Assembly: GCA_965242925.1 (NCBI GenBank)
Contig: CBDEUM010000034.1
Location: forward strand, 192,001 to 256,000
Origin: Roseibacillus sp.
Lineage (GTDB): Bacteria; Verrucomicrobiota; Verrucomicrobiia; Verrucomicrobiales; Akkermansiaceae
DNA: 64,000 bases
Direction: 5' to 3'
Shown: positions 20,652 to 33,400 of the stretch, in pieces
Numbering within the stretch: position 1 is the stretch's first letter
Layout of the letters: every line of letters starts with the position of its first letter
Position numbers and translations under genes: made by a program
Notes under the pieces: model-generated
What the model was told of the DNA's origin: nothing
What the model saw: the letters and a program-made list of their open reading frames with translations, nothing else
The model's database searches: none

Positions 20652-20754
20652 GACCGTTCCAGGCATCCTCGCTCCCTGCGCCCGGCACTCCGGGCAATTC
20701 CGTGAACTGAAGTCCTGACAAACCCTCATTCCGGGCTACATTTTCTCCCAGACG

Positions 20755-22251
20755 ATGAGCTACCAGGTCTTCGCCCGCAAATACCGCCCCCGGACCTTCG
20801 ACGACGTATTGGGTCAGGATCACGTGGTGACCACCCTCCGTAATGCCATCGAGGGCGATCGTCTGGCTCACGCCTACCTCTTTGTCGGACCGCGCGGTAC
20901 CGGAAAGACGTCAACCGCCCGCATTCTTGCCAAGGCTCTTAACTGCAGTAATGGACCGCGCCTCGACTTCGATCCCGAAGAGGAGATCTGCCTGGAAATT
21001 GCCGAGGGACGCGCCCTCGATGTCCTCGAGATCGACGGCGCCTCCAACAATGGGGTGGAGCAGGTGCGCGAATTGCGGGAGACGGTCAACTACGCCCCTG
21101 CCAGCGGACGCTTCAAGATCTACTATATCGACGAGGTCCACATGCTTACCACGGCGGCGTTTAATGCCCTCCTGAAGACTTTGGAGGAACCGCCCCCACA
21201 CGTGAAGTTCATCTTCGCAACCACCGAACCGAACAAGATTCTCCCCACCATCATCTCTCGCTGCCAGCGCTTTGACCTTCGACCGATTCCCCGTGAGATC
21301 ATCGCCAGTCACCTCCAGTACATCGCCACCGAGGAGAACGTCACCCTGGAGGATTCTGCAGCCCGGACCATCGCCAAGGGCGCCGATGGCGGGATGCGGG
21401 ATGCCCAGTCCATGCTCGATCAACTCGTCGCCTTCTGCGGCGAAACCGTAACCGACCGCAACGTACAGGACGTCTTCGGCTTTACCTCTTCTGAAACCAT
21501 CGCTGCCCTGACCTCCTCCATCTTCAGGAAAAATACCGCAGAGAGCATCTCCCTCGTGCAAGCCGAGGCCGACAAGGGCAAGGATCTCACCCAGCTCCTT
21601 TCTGAACTGGCCGGTTTTCTCCGTGCCCTGCTGATCGGACGCCTCAGCCCTGACTCCACCGGCGCGGATGTGCCTGTCGACTTTTGGGAGCAACTCGGCG
21701 ACCACGGCAAACATGTGAGCAATGACCGTCTCCTGACGGTTCTCGATCGTCTCGCTGATGCCGACGCACGCATGCGCCGGGCATCCAACAAGCAACTCCA
21801 CTTTGAGATCGCCCTGATTCGCGCCACCCAGTCGCTGGATGAAGTGCGCATCAGCGACGTGGTCATGGCTCTAGAAAAAGGCGCCAATCCGGACCGTCCT
21901 CCCCTCACCCCGGAAGAACCTGCGACCACCACTCCCGCCCCTGGAGAGCGAACGAAAGACCCGGTACCGCCGACCGGCCCGGACAACACCCCCCGCACCT
22001 CCTCTCGTGCCCGCAAGAAACGCCGGAATGTCGAGAACCAGCTCGAGTCCTTGATTGAACAGGCACCCGAAAAGCGGCCTGAGATTGCTCCCCAATCCGA
22101 TCCAGCCGCGCCGGAAGCTGGCCACATTTCTGCCGCCCCGCAATCCGTCGACTCTCCTGCCCCCGCCGAACCTCCGGCTCAGGAATCCTTTTACGACGAT
22201 CCACTCGTTCACGATGCGCTCCGCATCTTCAAGGGAAAGCTGAAGGAGTAA
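20755..22251 (+). CDS. dnaX: DNA polymerase III subunit gamma/tau
   Basis: YQVFARKYRP, GPRGTGKT, EIDGASN, IDEVHML, LKTLEEPP, SRCQ. Confidence 0.97.
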   Translation: MSYQVFARKYRPRTFDDVLGQDHVVTTLRNAIEGDRLAHAYLFVGPRGTGKTSTARILAKALNCSNGPRLDFDPEEEICLEIAEGRALDVLEIDGASNNGVEQVRELRETVNYAPASGRFKIYYIDEVHMLTTAAFNALLKTLEEPPPHVKFIFATTEPNKILPTIISRCQRFDLRPIPREIIASHLQYIATEENVTLEDSAARTIAKGADGGMRDAQSMLDQLVAFCGETVTDRNVQDVFGFTSSETIAALTSSIFRKNTAESISLVQAEADKGKDLTQLLSELAGFLRALLIGRLSPDSTGADVPVDFWEQLGDHGKHVSNDRLLTVLDRLADADARMRRASNKQLHFEIALIRATQSLDEVRISDVVMALEKGANPDRPPLTPEEPATTTPAPGERTKDPVPPTGPDNTPRTSSRARKKRRNVENQLESLIEQAPEKRPEIAPQSDPAAPEAGHISAAPQSVDSPAPAEPPAQESFYDDPLVHDALRIFKGKLKE

Positions 22252-22254
22252 AAT

Positions 22255-23271
22255 ATGTCCCGCCCGGGTCGCAAGTTCTTCGCAGTGGCTCTGGTGACGG
22301 CCTCTCTCGGCTTTCACCTTGTGACAGTCGCAATCTTCTCGCGACAGCCTGATCGACTGGCGGCATTCACCGTCATTCCGATCTGGATCTGGGGGGCAGG
22401 CGGTCTTCTTCTCTCCAGCTGTGCCTTTCTGCTCTTTCGCGCCCGGCTCTCCCTTTTCGCCACCGCCGCCTGGTCGCTTACCGTTCTCTTTCTTGCCGAC
22501 GAGACCCGTCCCCTCGCCCGGATCGGCACACCTCCCCTCGATGCCGGCCGTCCCCAACGCTTCGAAGGACGCGAGGTGATCAGGGTTATCACCATCAATT
22601 GGGCCGGTTCCAACGAAAACCTCTCGGAGCCCATCATCCGCTACCAACCCGATCTTGTCTTCATTCAGGAGATCCCCCATCCCTATCGCCTGCGCCAGCT
22701 CAACGAAACACTCTTCGAGGGCAAGGGAGACTATCGCTACGACAAACTTACCCGTTGCGGATTGATCGCACGGGGCGAGATCGAGCATCACATCCCGAAC
22801 CCAAGAGAACTCCCCTACCGCAACCATCAGGTCCGTGTCAGACTGCCAAACGGCCGACGGATTGAGCTGGTCAATGTCCATTTGCAGGCCGCAGCCACCG
22901 ACTTGAACCTGTGGAGCCGTGATTGCTGGCGGAGCCACCATCACAATCGGAAGCGCCGCCGCATGGAGATCGCGGTTGCCTTGCAGAAACTCGAGAAGAC
23001 CAACATCAGCCCCAAACTACCCGCTGTTATCATTGCCGGAGATTTCAATGCTCCCACAGGCGACCGGGTCTACGCCATGCTGAAGGGCGAATTCACCGAT
23101 ACCTACAGTGAGGCAGGCTCCGGTTGGGGGAACACCTATCACCGTGCCTTCCCCATTCTTCGCCTCGATCACATCTTTGTCTCACGAGTCTTCCATCCCG
23201 TTCGCTCCCGGGTCGTCAGGGTGGAGGGATCTGATCACCGCATGGTTATTTCCGACTTGGTCATGAAGTAA
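22255..23271 (+). CDS. Membrane-anchored endonuclease/exonuclease/phosphatase (EEP) family protein
   Basis: Three N-terminal TM segments; FIQE, NVHL, AGDFN, RLDHIF, SDHR. Confidence 0.9.
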   Translation: MSRPGRKFFAVALVTASLGFHLVTVAIFSRQPDRLAAFTVIPIWIWGAGGLLLSSCAFLLFRARLSLFATAAWSLTVLFLADETRPLARIGTPPLDAGRPQRFEGREVIRVITINWAGSNENLSEPIIRYQPDLVFIQEIPHPYRLRQLNETLFEGKGDYRYDKLTRCGLIARGEIEHHIPNPRELPYRNHQVRVRLPNGRRIELVNVHLQAAATDLNLWSRDCWRSHHHNRKRRRMEIAVALQKLEKTNISPKLPAVIIAGDFNAPTGDRVYAMLKGEFTDTYSEAGSGWGNTYHRAFPILRLDHIFVSRVFHPVRSRVVRVEGSDHRMVISDLVMK

Positions 23272-23372
23272 TCAATCTCTTCCCACCCGCGACAGCCGGA
23301 ATCAGACCTCTCGCCCAGCGCCCAACCTCCTCCGCCACCCGACACCGAGCGATCCAAACTCCCCACCCTCTC

Positions 23373-25127
23373 ATGCCCGAAATTACCCGCGACCATCTTG
23401 CCGAGGTCCTCGAAGAGATCGCCCTCCTTCTCGAATTGAAAGGCGAGAACACCTTTAAGATCCGGGCCTACCGCAATGGCTCTGAAATCGTACAATCTTT
23501 TGACGGCGATATCGTTCAGCGAGCAAGGGAGAACGATCTGAAGGGAATCAAGGGTATCGGTGAAGCTCTCCAGCAAAAACTCCACGAGCTTGCCTCCAGC
23601 GGCCTGCTCGCCTTCCACCAGAACCTCAGGAACGAATTTCCGGAAGGACTTTTCGAACTCCTTGAACTACAGGGGCTCGGCCCCAGGAAGGTCAGGGCCC
23701 TTTACGAAGAACTCTCGGTCGCCTCTCTGGGCGGGCTGAAGCGCGCATGCCAATCCGGGCAGGTGAGCGAACTTCCCGGCTTTGGGACAAAGAGCGAAGA
23801 GAAGATTCTCGGTGCCATCGAGGCGCACGAGCGATTCTCCGGCTACTACCTCCTCGCCGAGGTCGCTCCGGATGCCGAGCGGATCCTCGGCATTCTCAGG
23901 CAGCATCCGGATGTCAGCCGTGCGGAGATGGCGGGATCGTATCGACGAGGCAGCGAAACCGTTCACGATCTCGACTTCCTCGTGGCCACCCCTGAACCGG
24001 CAGCCATAACGGATTTTTTCACTAAGTTTGAAGGCATCCGGGAGATTCTTGCCCACGGCCAGACCAAGGCCTCCATCCGTCTCCAGAGCGGACTACAGTG
24101 CGACCTCCGCGCCGTCTCCACCCGGGAGTGGCCTTTCGCCCTGATCTACTTCACCGGGAGCAAGGAGCACAACGTCGAATTGCGTTCCCGGGCACTCAAA
24201 CAGAAGTTGACGCTCAACGAGTACCAAATCCAGCCGGTTGGAGGCTCCCGACGCGACGATCCCACTCCGGACATCAGGGAGGAGAGCGACCTCTACGCCG
24301 AACTGGGACTCCAATTCATCGAGCCTGCACTTCGGGAAAACCGGGGCGAATTCGACGCCGCAGACAAGGGAGATCTTCCCCGGCTTGTCGAACAGGACAA
24401 CTTACGGGGCACCTTTCACAATCACACCACCGAATCCGATGGCCGGTCCTCCCTGGCCGAGTTGATCGAAGTAGCGCGGGATCTGGGACTTTCCTACCTT
24501 GGCATCGCCGACCACTCCAAATCCTCCTTCCAGACCAATGGCCTCGACGAGGAACGCCTCCTCGCCCAGTCCGCGGCCATCCGCACTCTCGACGCCAGTC
24601 TCGACGACATCGACCTCTACGCCGGCAACGAAGTCGATATCCTCCGCGACGGCACCCTGGATTTTGCCGACGAGACCCTGGCCCAACTTGACTACGTGGT
24701 TGCCTCCGTGCATGCGTCTTTCAACCTGCCCGAGAAGGAGATGACCTCCCGCCTCATCAAGGCCATGGAAAACCCGCATGTGACAATGCTGGGCCATTTG
24801 AGCGGACGCCTCCTCCTGCGCCGCGATCCCTACGCCGTAAACCATGAAAAGGTCATCGACTGTGCGGCTGAGACCGGAACGGTAATCGAGCTCAATTGCT
24901 CGCCAAAGCGCATGGACATGGACTGGAGATGGTGGAGGCGCGCCCGGGACAAGGGAGTGAAATGCGCTCTCAACCCCGATGCGCATCACGCAAGCGGCCT
25001 GCAAAACCTCCACTTCGGCATCAGGGTGGCCCGCAAGGGCTGGCTCCGTCGACAGGATGTCTTGAATTGCCTTCCTGCGAAAGACATCCGGAAATGGCTG
25101 CAAACCCCTAAAGCTAAGCGTCTCTAG
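23373..25127 (+). CDS. polX: DNA polymerase X with PHP domain
   Basis: FKIRAY, GIGE, GSYRRG...DLD, CDLR, YFTGSK; PHP motifs HNHT, DHS, GNEVDI, NPDAH. Confidence 0.95.
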   Translation: MPEITRDHLAEVLEEIALLLELKGENTFKIRAYRNGSEIVQSFDGDIVQRARENDLKGIKGIGEALQQKLHELASSGLLAFHQNLRNEFPEGLFELLELQGLGPRKVRALYEELSVASLGGLKRACQSGQVSELPGFGTKSEEKILGAIEAHERFSGYYLLAEVAPDAERILGILRQHPDVSRAEMAGSYRRGSETVHDLDFLVATPEPAAITDFFTKFEGIREILAHGQTKASIRLQSGLQCDLRAVSTREWPFALIYFTGSKEHNVELRSRALKQKLTLNEYQIQPVGGSRRDDPTPDIREESDLYAELGLQFIEPALRENRGEFDAADKGDLPRLVEQDNLRGTFHNHTTESDGRSSLAELIEVARDLGLSYLGIADHSKSSFQTNGLDEERLLAQSAAIRTLDASLDDIDLYAGNEVDILRDGTLDFADETLAQLDYVVASVHASFNLPEKEMTSRLIKAMENPHVTMLGHLSGRLLLRRDPYAVNHEKVIDCAAETGTVIELNCSPKRMDMDWRWWRRARDKGVKCALNPDAHHASGLQNLHFGIRVARKGWLRRQDVLNCLPAKDIRKWLQTPKAKRL

Positions 25128-25182
25128 CAATCTACAATTCCGTCTTTTCCATCCCGGAATCCTGCCGTATGGTGCGCCGCGC

Positions 25183-27288
25183 ATGACACACCTGCGATGC
25201 TTCGCTTGTGGCCTTCTTGCTGCAATGGCGACCCTGTTACTGTCCCCTTCGGTTGGGGCGCAGGCACCTCCGCTGGGGAAATTCAAACCCTCGGACGTCT
25301 ACTTTCAGGCGTGGCTCACCGTGCGCGACGCCGAGAAAGCGGAGAAGGACGGCAAGTTCCTTGAAGCCTTCAACCGCTACGACAAGGCCAGGCAACTGTT
25401 TGAATCGGTGGCTCTCTCCGACCCCGAATTCAAGCCTGATCTCGTCAAGACCCGGCGGGAATCTACCACTCAGGCCATGTCCGCGATCCGCGAAAAGGCC
25501 CTCGGCGAGCGAAACAGGCTCGCCCAGCGCACGGGAGATCTGGTTGAGGGGAAAACTGTTCACCGCGGGGAAGGAGACCTCAATATCCCGCAACTCAGCC
25601 GGGAGGATCAGAGCAAGGTAACGGCCCTCCAGCGGCAGATCGAGCGATATCGAGGCGAACTCCGGAAGGTCCGCTCTGACCGCGACGCCAATGCCGTAAG
25701 CCTGCGGGAGACGCTTCGGCAGTTGGAACAGGAGCGCGACAGGGTGGCCCGGGCTCCGGTATCCAACCAACTCCAGGATCTCAACCGGCGGATCAGGAAG
25801 GTGGAGGAGGAGCGCGATACCATGTTCAAGGCCCTACGGGACAGCCGAACCGCGCATCAGGAGGTGCTCTCTCAGCTAGCGGTGGCCAAGGCCGATGCTT
25901 CCGCCGCCCAAAAACGGGCAACTGACCTCGAGGAGGTGGTAAATGTCCAGCAATCCGCAGCCAGAGAAGTTGTGGAAGGACTGCGTCGCCAACTCAAGGA
26001 ACTGAAGGTCTCACTGGTGGAGAAGGACCGGAAGTATATCGCCCTAGAGACTCGTAATGCCCAACTCGACAGGCAACTGGGGGAGGCTCGGGCAGAAGTT
26101 CATGAGCTCCGGGATGAACGCAACGCTCTTCTCGTTCAACGCGATCAGATGGCAGCCCTTCTCAAACTCAACGAAAGCGAGCGCGTTCAACTCCTGATCA
26201 AACAGAACATGGACCTCGGCCGGGATCTCAAGACCGCCCGTGACCGCCTCAAGACCCTTCACACCGACAACAACGCGACCAAGGATCAGCTGATCGAAGC
26301 CAAGAGGGACCTCGCTCAGGCCAAGGGACGCCTGATTGATTTTCAGCGTGAGAACGCTTCGCAGAAAAACCGTCTGGAGGAAATGGAGGACCGCATTCGA
26401 GACGCCGGCACAGAGCTCAAGGAGGACCTCCGGTCTACAAAGCTCGATGCCGGATCCCGCAAGGAAATGGAGATGCTGCAGGATATCATCTCGCGCCAGC
26501 TGCGAATCCAGGAACACCGCCGCAGTGCCAAGGAGTCCATCATGACCGAAATCAGGAAGATAGGACAACAGGGTGGCCCTCTGGTCCGGAATATTCAGGG
26601 GCTCTTCGACCAGGAATTGAAACTCACCGCGGAAGAGAGCCGTCTCCTTGCCGAATTCAAGATTGACGACGACTTCATCTTCGATGACCGGCCCGAGCAG
26701 CATGAAGTGGCCAATGCGGACAGAAGCCTCCAGCAGAGCATCACCCTCAAGGATCAGCTTGCCCGGCGGGCCTTCTCCAATGGCCGCTTCCTCGCCGCCC
26801 GCGAGGTTTTCGAGTCCATCCTCGATCAGCACCCAGGGCACGTTGAAACCATGCTCAATCTCGGGGTCGTGCATGTGAAGAACGAAGATATCCCTCTCGC
26901 CATTTCCTCCTTCAACGACGCCCTCGTCATTCGGGGCGACAACCTTCCCTTTGCTCACTTCATGCTGGGGGTTTGTCACTACCGGGTCGCCGACCTCCCG
27001 AACTCCAGGCTGAGCCTGCAGCGTGCCGTGGATCTCGACAACGACAACGCCAAGGCATATGTCTTCCTCGGCAACGTGGCAGGGCGTGAGGAGCACGATG
27101 AAGAGGCAGAGACCCACTTCAAGACTGCCATCCAGATTGACCCCACCCTCTCAGATCCCTACTACAACCTTGCCGTCATCTACCTTCGCAAGGGGATGAA
27201 GGAGGAAGCGCTGCAGTTCTACCAGGAGGCCCTCAAACGCGGAGCCGATCCCAATCTGGAGTTTGAAGCCAGCCTGGCCTTGGGCTAG
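25183..27288 (+). CDS. Exported long coiled-coil protein with C-terminal TPR repeats
   Basis: Signal peptide; ~350 aa of heptad-like E/R/L/Q sequence; TPR patterns MLNLGV, AHFMLGV, AYVFLGN, YYNLAV. Confidence 0.85.
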   Translation: MTHLRCFACGLLAAMATLLLSPSVGAQAPPLGKFKPSDVYFQAWLTVRDAEKAEKDGKFLEAFNRYDKARQLFESVALSDPEFKPDLVKTRRESTTQAMSAIREKALGERNRLAQRTGDLVEGKTVHRGEGDLNIPQLSREDQSKVTALQRQIERYRGELRKVRSDRDANAVSLRETLRQLEQERDRVARAPVSNQLQDLNRRIRKVEEERDTMFKALRDSRTAHQEVLSQLAVAKADASAAQKRATDLEEVVNVQQSAAREVVEGLRRQLKELKVSLVEKDRKYIALETRNAQLDRQLGEARAEVHELRDERNALLVQRDQMAALLKLNESERVQLLIKQNMDLGRDLKTARDRLKTLHTDNNATKDQLIEAKRDLAQAKGRLIDFQRENASQKNRLEEMEDRIRDAGTELKEDLRSTKLDAGSRKEMEMLQDIISRQLRIQEHRRSAKESIMTEIRKIGQQGGPLVRNIQGLFDQELKLTAEESRLLAEFKIDDDFIFDDRPEQHEVANADRSLQQSITLKDQLARRAFSNGRFLAAREVFESILDQHPGHVETMLNLGVVHVKNEDIPLAISSFNDALVIRGDNLPFAHFMLGVCHYRVADLPNSRLSLQRAVDLDNDNAKAYVFLGNVAGREEHDEEAETHFKTAIQIDPTLSDPYYNLAVIYLRKGMKEEALQFYQEALKRGADPNLEFEASLALG

Positions 27289-27412
27289 TCCGCTCACAAG
27301 CCTGTCCTCAGGCGGATCAATGAAGAAGTGGCAGCCGGCTTCCTGACTGGACCCTTTTAATCCCGGGCCATCTCCCCGCCTGGACCCAGCAAGTTGACGG
27401 ACCGGGACCCAC

Positions 27413-30400
27413 CTACTGGTCCTGCACCACGATCTTCATCTCGTCCGAGTTGCCTCGTAATTCCGGCGCATACATTCCCTCCGCCCGGGTCGGGAGGGCG
27501 CTGAAACTGCCGGGGATCTCGGCACGTAGCCGGTAGCTGAGATTATGACGTCCCCGGGGCAGACTCCTCACGAAGAGGGCGACCTTCTCATCGCGATACT
27601 CCACGAAGGAGCTCAATCCCCCTCCATAACTGTGACCGCTGCGTAGTTCTACTGCCTCGAGCCCCGCGGCCTTCCAGTCTTCAAAGACAAGATAACTGTA
27701 GTCATTCTTGCTCTCCACTGACAACTCGACCTCGATGAGATCTCCGCTCCGAACGGTGTCACCCACCTCCAACCTCTTCCGCTCGTACTTTTCCCGGCGC
27801 TGCCTGAGAGCCTGCCCCCTCGAGCCTGCCACATCTTCAACTGCCTTGACGGGCACGAGCTTATAGAGGGTGCGGTCCACCTTCACTTCAAGGCCGGCCT
27901 TGCGGAGAAACTTCTCCTTGCTGAAGACCGTCAGGTAAACATTTGCATAAAGGGGGCCCTCGCCCTTGCGGCGGAGTTCCACCTTGTGCCTGCCCGTACC
28001 CACGGCATCTCCCGCCACCACGGCCACCCCGTCAAAACTGAAAAGGTTCTCCTTCGAGATCTTCACTGTCTTGATTACCTTCCCGTCGAGAACGACTTCC
28101 ACCTCCATGTCGGGGTTGTCCTCCTTGCTGGCCCGCAGGTAATCCGCAATACTCTCGATGCAGTAGGCCGTGTCGCGCGTGGACTTCCAGTAGGTGGCGT
28201 GCCTGCGGTTGTTGACGAGATACTTGACCAGGCCGCTTGCCTGCGGACTCCGGGGCTTCGCCGCTGCCAGCAACTTGAGATACCAGGCGTGCGCTTCAAA
28301 CTCGCTGCCGTACCAATACCACCAGTAACCCCCGTTCCCGAGCTCCAGCCAGGCCGTCTGGTTCTCCTCATCAATCTTCAGGAACTGCTCAATGTTGCGG
28401 ATGACGGCATCCCGCTTCGCAGCATCTCCAGTTCGGTGCAGTTCCAACCCAAGAAGGCACTTGCCATAGACCGGCAACTCAACCTTGTCCCTGAAGAGGA
28501 AGCCCAGCATCTCTTCGTGATTCACTGCCGATTCACCCAGAACCCGGCGCACCAGGGCGTCTACCGCATCGGCTCGCTGCTTGGTCCGCTTCTTGCGTTT
28601 CTTCCACATCCGGATCATCTCCGCCTGACCTGACTCGTGCTTCTTGAGCCACGCTACTCCCCGCTGAAGTATGTCGTCCGGGACCCCTGCCCCGTTTGCC
28701 TTCGCCACCGTCAATCCATGGACCACCACGGCTGTGGTATGCGGATAGGACCGTTCCCCATAGGCATTGAACCAGCCCCAGCCCCCATCCCTGTTCTGCA
28801 TCTCCCTCAAGCGCTTCACCCCCTTGCGCACCATCCGGTCCACCTCGTCCTTGTCCCAGACCGGATTATCCTTCCACTGTTTCCACTGCGCCGCCCGCAC
28901 AACGGCATCACCGATCTCCTGGGGATTCAGGTTCACCCTCTTGTTCTTCACCTCATTGAGATCAATCTTCATGTCCTGCAACAACCGTTGCGTAATGACC
29001 GCTGGCACGAATCGGTTGAGCGTCTGCTCAGTACAGCCATAGGGATAATTCGCGAGATAGGGCAGCGCATCGACCATGGCGCCTGCCACCGTAGGCGAAT
29101 AGCGGATTTCGAGTCGGGTCTGGTCAGGTTGACGCTCCGCGGGCACCTCAAAATCAATCGCCACCGAATCCTCCTCCGGCCGCAGGGCCCGGCTCCAGGA
29201 TTCCGTGCGGCGCATCCCGTGCACGTAGACAGGAAAACTCATTTCCATGGCGTCCGAGTCATCGCTCGCAATCGCCTTCATCCGCACCGTCACCTCCCCT
29301 TCCCTCTTCGCTATCGTTCTCCAGTCCACCCGCTTCTCTCCCCCGGCCGGGATCACCACCCGTGACGACTGTGGGCCCGAAGTCTGCAGGGTCCCTCCAT
29401 CAAGCTCGAGCACCACGTCAACCTCCTTGGCCTCTTCATGATAATTATGCACCACCGCACTGAGCACCACTTCGTCGCTTTCCACGAAGAAGCGGGGTGC
29501 CTGCAACCGGACGATAAGATCCTTGCTCGTGATCACCTCCGCTGACCCCTCCCCAACCCGGGTCCCGTGCCCCAGCGCCCAGGTCTTCACCTTCCACGTG
29601 GTCAGGTTGTCAGGATACTCCACCTCGATTTCAGCCTCCCCCCGCTCATTGGTCGTTACCGTTCCCGCCCACTTCACCAGGTCGGCGAACTCCGAACGCA
29701 CTATCACCTGCGGGCCATCACCTTCACCTCCATCGCCACCTCGCCGGCTGCGATTGCCCAGGCCCTCCACCGGTGCAGAAGGCGCCCCCAGATTGTCGGC
29801 CGCCGCAAAAGGTGCTGCCTCGGCCACATCCGAACTTTCCGCCACACTCTCGTCTGAGGAAAACCTCAGGGACCTCCTCTTCTCAAGGACACCCCCCGGG
29901 GCCCCAAACGGGTCCATCTGATCTGCCACCAATCGCCCAAAACGCCCGAGGATCTGCATCGTGACAGCCTTGGCCTTGCTGAGATGGCGGCCTTGGAAAT
30001 GCTGCGAGTGCAGTGCTCCCTGCCCATGAAAGGAACGCTTCCAGCTCCAGAAAAAGTCCCTGATATTCCCCACATTGGATCCTCCCGAGATGGCCTCCAG
30101 ACTCTTGTCATATACCGTGACCACCGTGGTCCCCCGGTATGGTTCGCCGTTCTCGTCCTTCAGGCGCAGTTTCAAAGTCCCCTTCTCCCGCGGTTTGAAC
30201 TTCTCCTTACCAGGCAGAACCTCAACGGTAAGGAGACGCTTCGCCGGGGGCAGGACGATCTGCCGCGTTTCGGTCAACACCACTCCATTGGCAAGAGCAA
30301 CCGCATGCACAAAAATGTTCGGCATGTCCTCACGGGTCAACTTCACTGTAACCTCCTTCGATTTCCCCTTGATCCGGATCCTCCGCACTTCGTCGGCTGA

Positions 30401-33400
30401 AATTCCGGTGCTGCGAACGAAGAGCAGCACCGTGCTGTTCTTCTGCTTCGTGTTGATCAGGAGCCTGACCTCTTCTCCCGGCTTGTAATCCTTCTTGTCC
30501 AGAACCAGTTCAAGCGGGTTGAACCGGCTCTTACTGCCATCATCCTCCACGTTGCGAATGTTGAAGACGGTGGCACCCTCCTCCTTGTTGCCCTTTTCAT
30601 CGGTCAAGCGAACTGAAAAACGATACTGGCCCGGCTCCGGCCCCTTGAAACGGATCTCTCCCGAGCCTTTCTCCCGTTCCTCCAGCTTGAAAGACCGGAC
30701 CTTTTCCTCCTGCACCTTGCCGGCGGCATCCAGCCCTACCCGGAAGAGTTCGGCAGTTCCCGTCACCTGCACCGGTCTTCCGTCAAGTGTACGTGCAGAG
30801 AAGGAGGCATTCAGGGTCTCCCCGGGACGGGCGTAGCCACGATTCATCCACACCGTGGCAGCGTAGGACCTGCGGGCGGCCAGAACGCTGCCGGAACCGT
30901 AAATCGTCCGCCGCGAGGAATCCACCACCTCCGCCGAGATGGCATAACGGTGATCCATGTCCCCATGCACGAGTTTGGCAACCGAGGTGTCGATCGACAC
31001 CGTCACCGTCCCCTCTGCCCCGATCTCAAACTCACGATCCATCACCAGTTCGGGAGGCGTCCAGCGCTCCCCCCGCCACCATGGCGGCACCGGGGCGACA
31101 CATCCCCAATTATCCCAGCCCGGATACCAGTGATAATCCTGCCCGAACCACCAGTAACCCTCTCCGTAGAGCCAGTCCCAACGCCCCCGCGGAAACCAGG
31201 ACTGACTGTGACTGAAACGCTGCACCTTCACCTTCACCTTGCCCTCGGTCACCGGAGCCCCGTGATAGTATCTTGCCAGCACCTTGGCCTCGATTATCTC
31301 GCCGAGTCGGATCGGTTTATCCGGGGCTTCGACGATCACTTCGAATTCCGGCTTCTTGTATTCCTCGACGCGGAACCTGACCGCCCCATTCGGGACCTCC
31401 CCCGTGATGCGCACATTATAGCTCCCCAGCCGGGCATCCGGGGGAAGGGTCCACTCCACCTCCACTCCGCCAAACTCGTCGGTGCGAAGCTTCTTGAACT
31501 CCTGCACCTTGCCCGTGTTCTGGTGATGAATCTCAATCAAGCACTCCCGATTTGCAAAGAGAGAGACGTCATCCAGATCATATCTGGCAGTCCGGCTCCA
31601 GAATTTCAGATGCACCTTCTGCTCGGGGCGATAGACAGGCCGATCGGTAATTCCGTAGGTTTTTGAATGGTTGAGCTTGTTCCAGTTGAAGTCATGCCAT
31701 CGGTAGTACTGGAACCCCATCAGCGCCCGTCCTCCGCCCACACTGCGACCCACGACCATCCAGTGGTAATTCTGATCCAGGATCTCTCTTCCGAGGATGA
31801 TCGACCCGTCTGCTCCGATCTTCTTCTTCAGCCTCTTGGTCTTGACGTCGAACTTTCTGAAGGCTTTGCCTATGCCCTTGCGGGGTTCCACGCGATATCC
31901 GAAGAGCTCCAGTTCCCCGCTCAGCGGCGCACCGGCCTTGCTTTCCGAAAGGTAGAACAACTTGCCCTCTCTGAGTTGCTGGGAAACGAGCGCGGTATCG
32001 CTGATCCATACCACGATCCAGGAGGCATTGCCCTTTCCGGCCGTGGCCTTCAGGAGGTAGGCTCCCGCCCTGCTCACCGGCATTTCGAGTTCGGTCCGCG
32101 TGTCCCAGTGATTCTTCCGCGGTTCCAGGACCACCTTCCAGTCCTTCACTTTCTCACCCAGATATTTCTCCTGGTTGCCATTCACCAGACGATTGCCGAT
32201 CTGCGCCACATTCACCGTAGGATGATCGATCTGGCGGGGGTTGTTCTCCAGGTGCTTGTAAAGATCTTCAATCACCAGATCGATCCGGAGCTCATGCAGT
32301 GAAAGGCTGACGTTCCTGGCGTTGCGATAAATGAAATCAACCTTCGGCTTTTGACCTGCCTGCGCCATCGGAGCGGAAACAAAACGCCCCCAGTCCCCCT
32401 CGATCTGGTCGAGCAATTTCTTCCGGTGGCTGTTATTTCCCCGGCCGTGAGTTTCAACCAGTCTCTTTAGCTCCGTGCCCGCACTCACATACTGCCGCCG
32501 ATTCAAAAGAATCTGCACCAGAAGATCGCCAAGCGAGTCGTTGGACATCTTCCCAGTCGAAAGCCGGCGCAGGAGTGGAATGAACTGGTAATCCTCCGGA
32601 AGCTCGAAGCGTTGCACCCCACTGGCCAGTTTCGCAATCGTCTCGTTCTCCTTCAGGGTATGGACCTGCAGAATTCCCTTCGCCTCATCGGGGTCCTGTT
32701 GCCCCCACCATCCAAAACCAGCCAGGGTGGTCACCCCGTAATGTTGAACAAGGAACCGGGCCCATTGATCCTCCACCCGGGGTCTTCTGGCAGGGTTCAG
32801 ACGTACCGCTTCGCTGATCACCCACCGCCACCTCTCACCATCGTTGCGGGCGGCCTCCCAGGATTCAGGAACTCCGATCACCAGCATATTGCCATCGGCA
32901 TCAACCGGGGCCCCTCCTCCGCTCGAAAGGCGTTGCTCGCTTCCGAAATCAGGAAGCTCATCCAGAACGGTCAGCACGCCCAGGGCCCAGACTCTCTGCG
33001 ATCCAGTGCGACCGCTGGAAAGATAAACAGCAAGTTCGGAGTGCATCTCGCTGAGCACTCCCCCATCACCTGCTCCCGCCTTCTCGATGGCCTGCAGGAC
33101 CAATTGAATGGCCCGCACCCGGTCCCGGCCGCTGCAAGTCACATAACGTCCGCCTCCCCGGCGGTGTCCACGATGAAATTCCCCGTCCAGGAGGAACCCC
33201 GAATGCTGCAAATGGTGATAGCTCTCCGCCACCTCCCTTAAAAGAGCCCAGTTCTCCGGATGCCGTCGCAGAGCCCCTTCCAGCAAGTCATCCGCAAGGC
33301 TGATCTGCCGCAGGTTGCCAAGGTCCTGGAGGGCATTCTCGAGATCTTTCCAGCTCATCCCGTCATCAACCCTCTCCAGCAGTTCCCGGTCAATTTTCAG

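Noticed and set aside
21890..22030. Programmed -1 frameshift in dnaX (gamma subunit)
   Set aside because: No A AAA AAG slippery heptamer or long A-run seen in this region.
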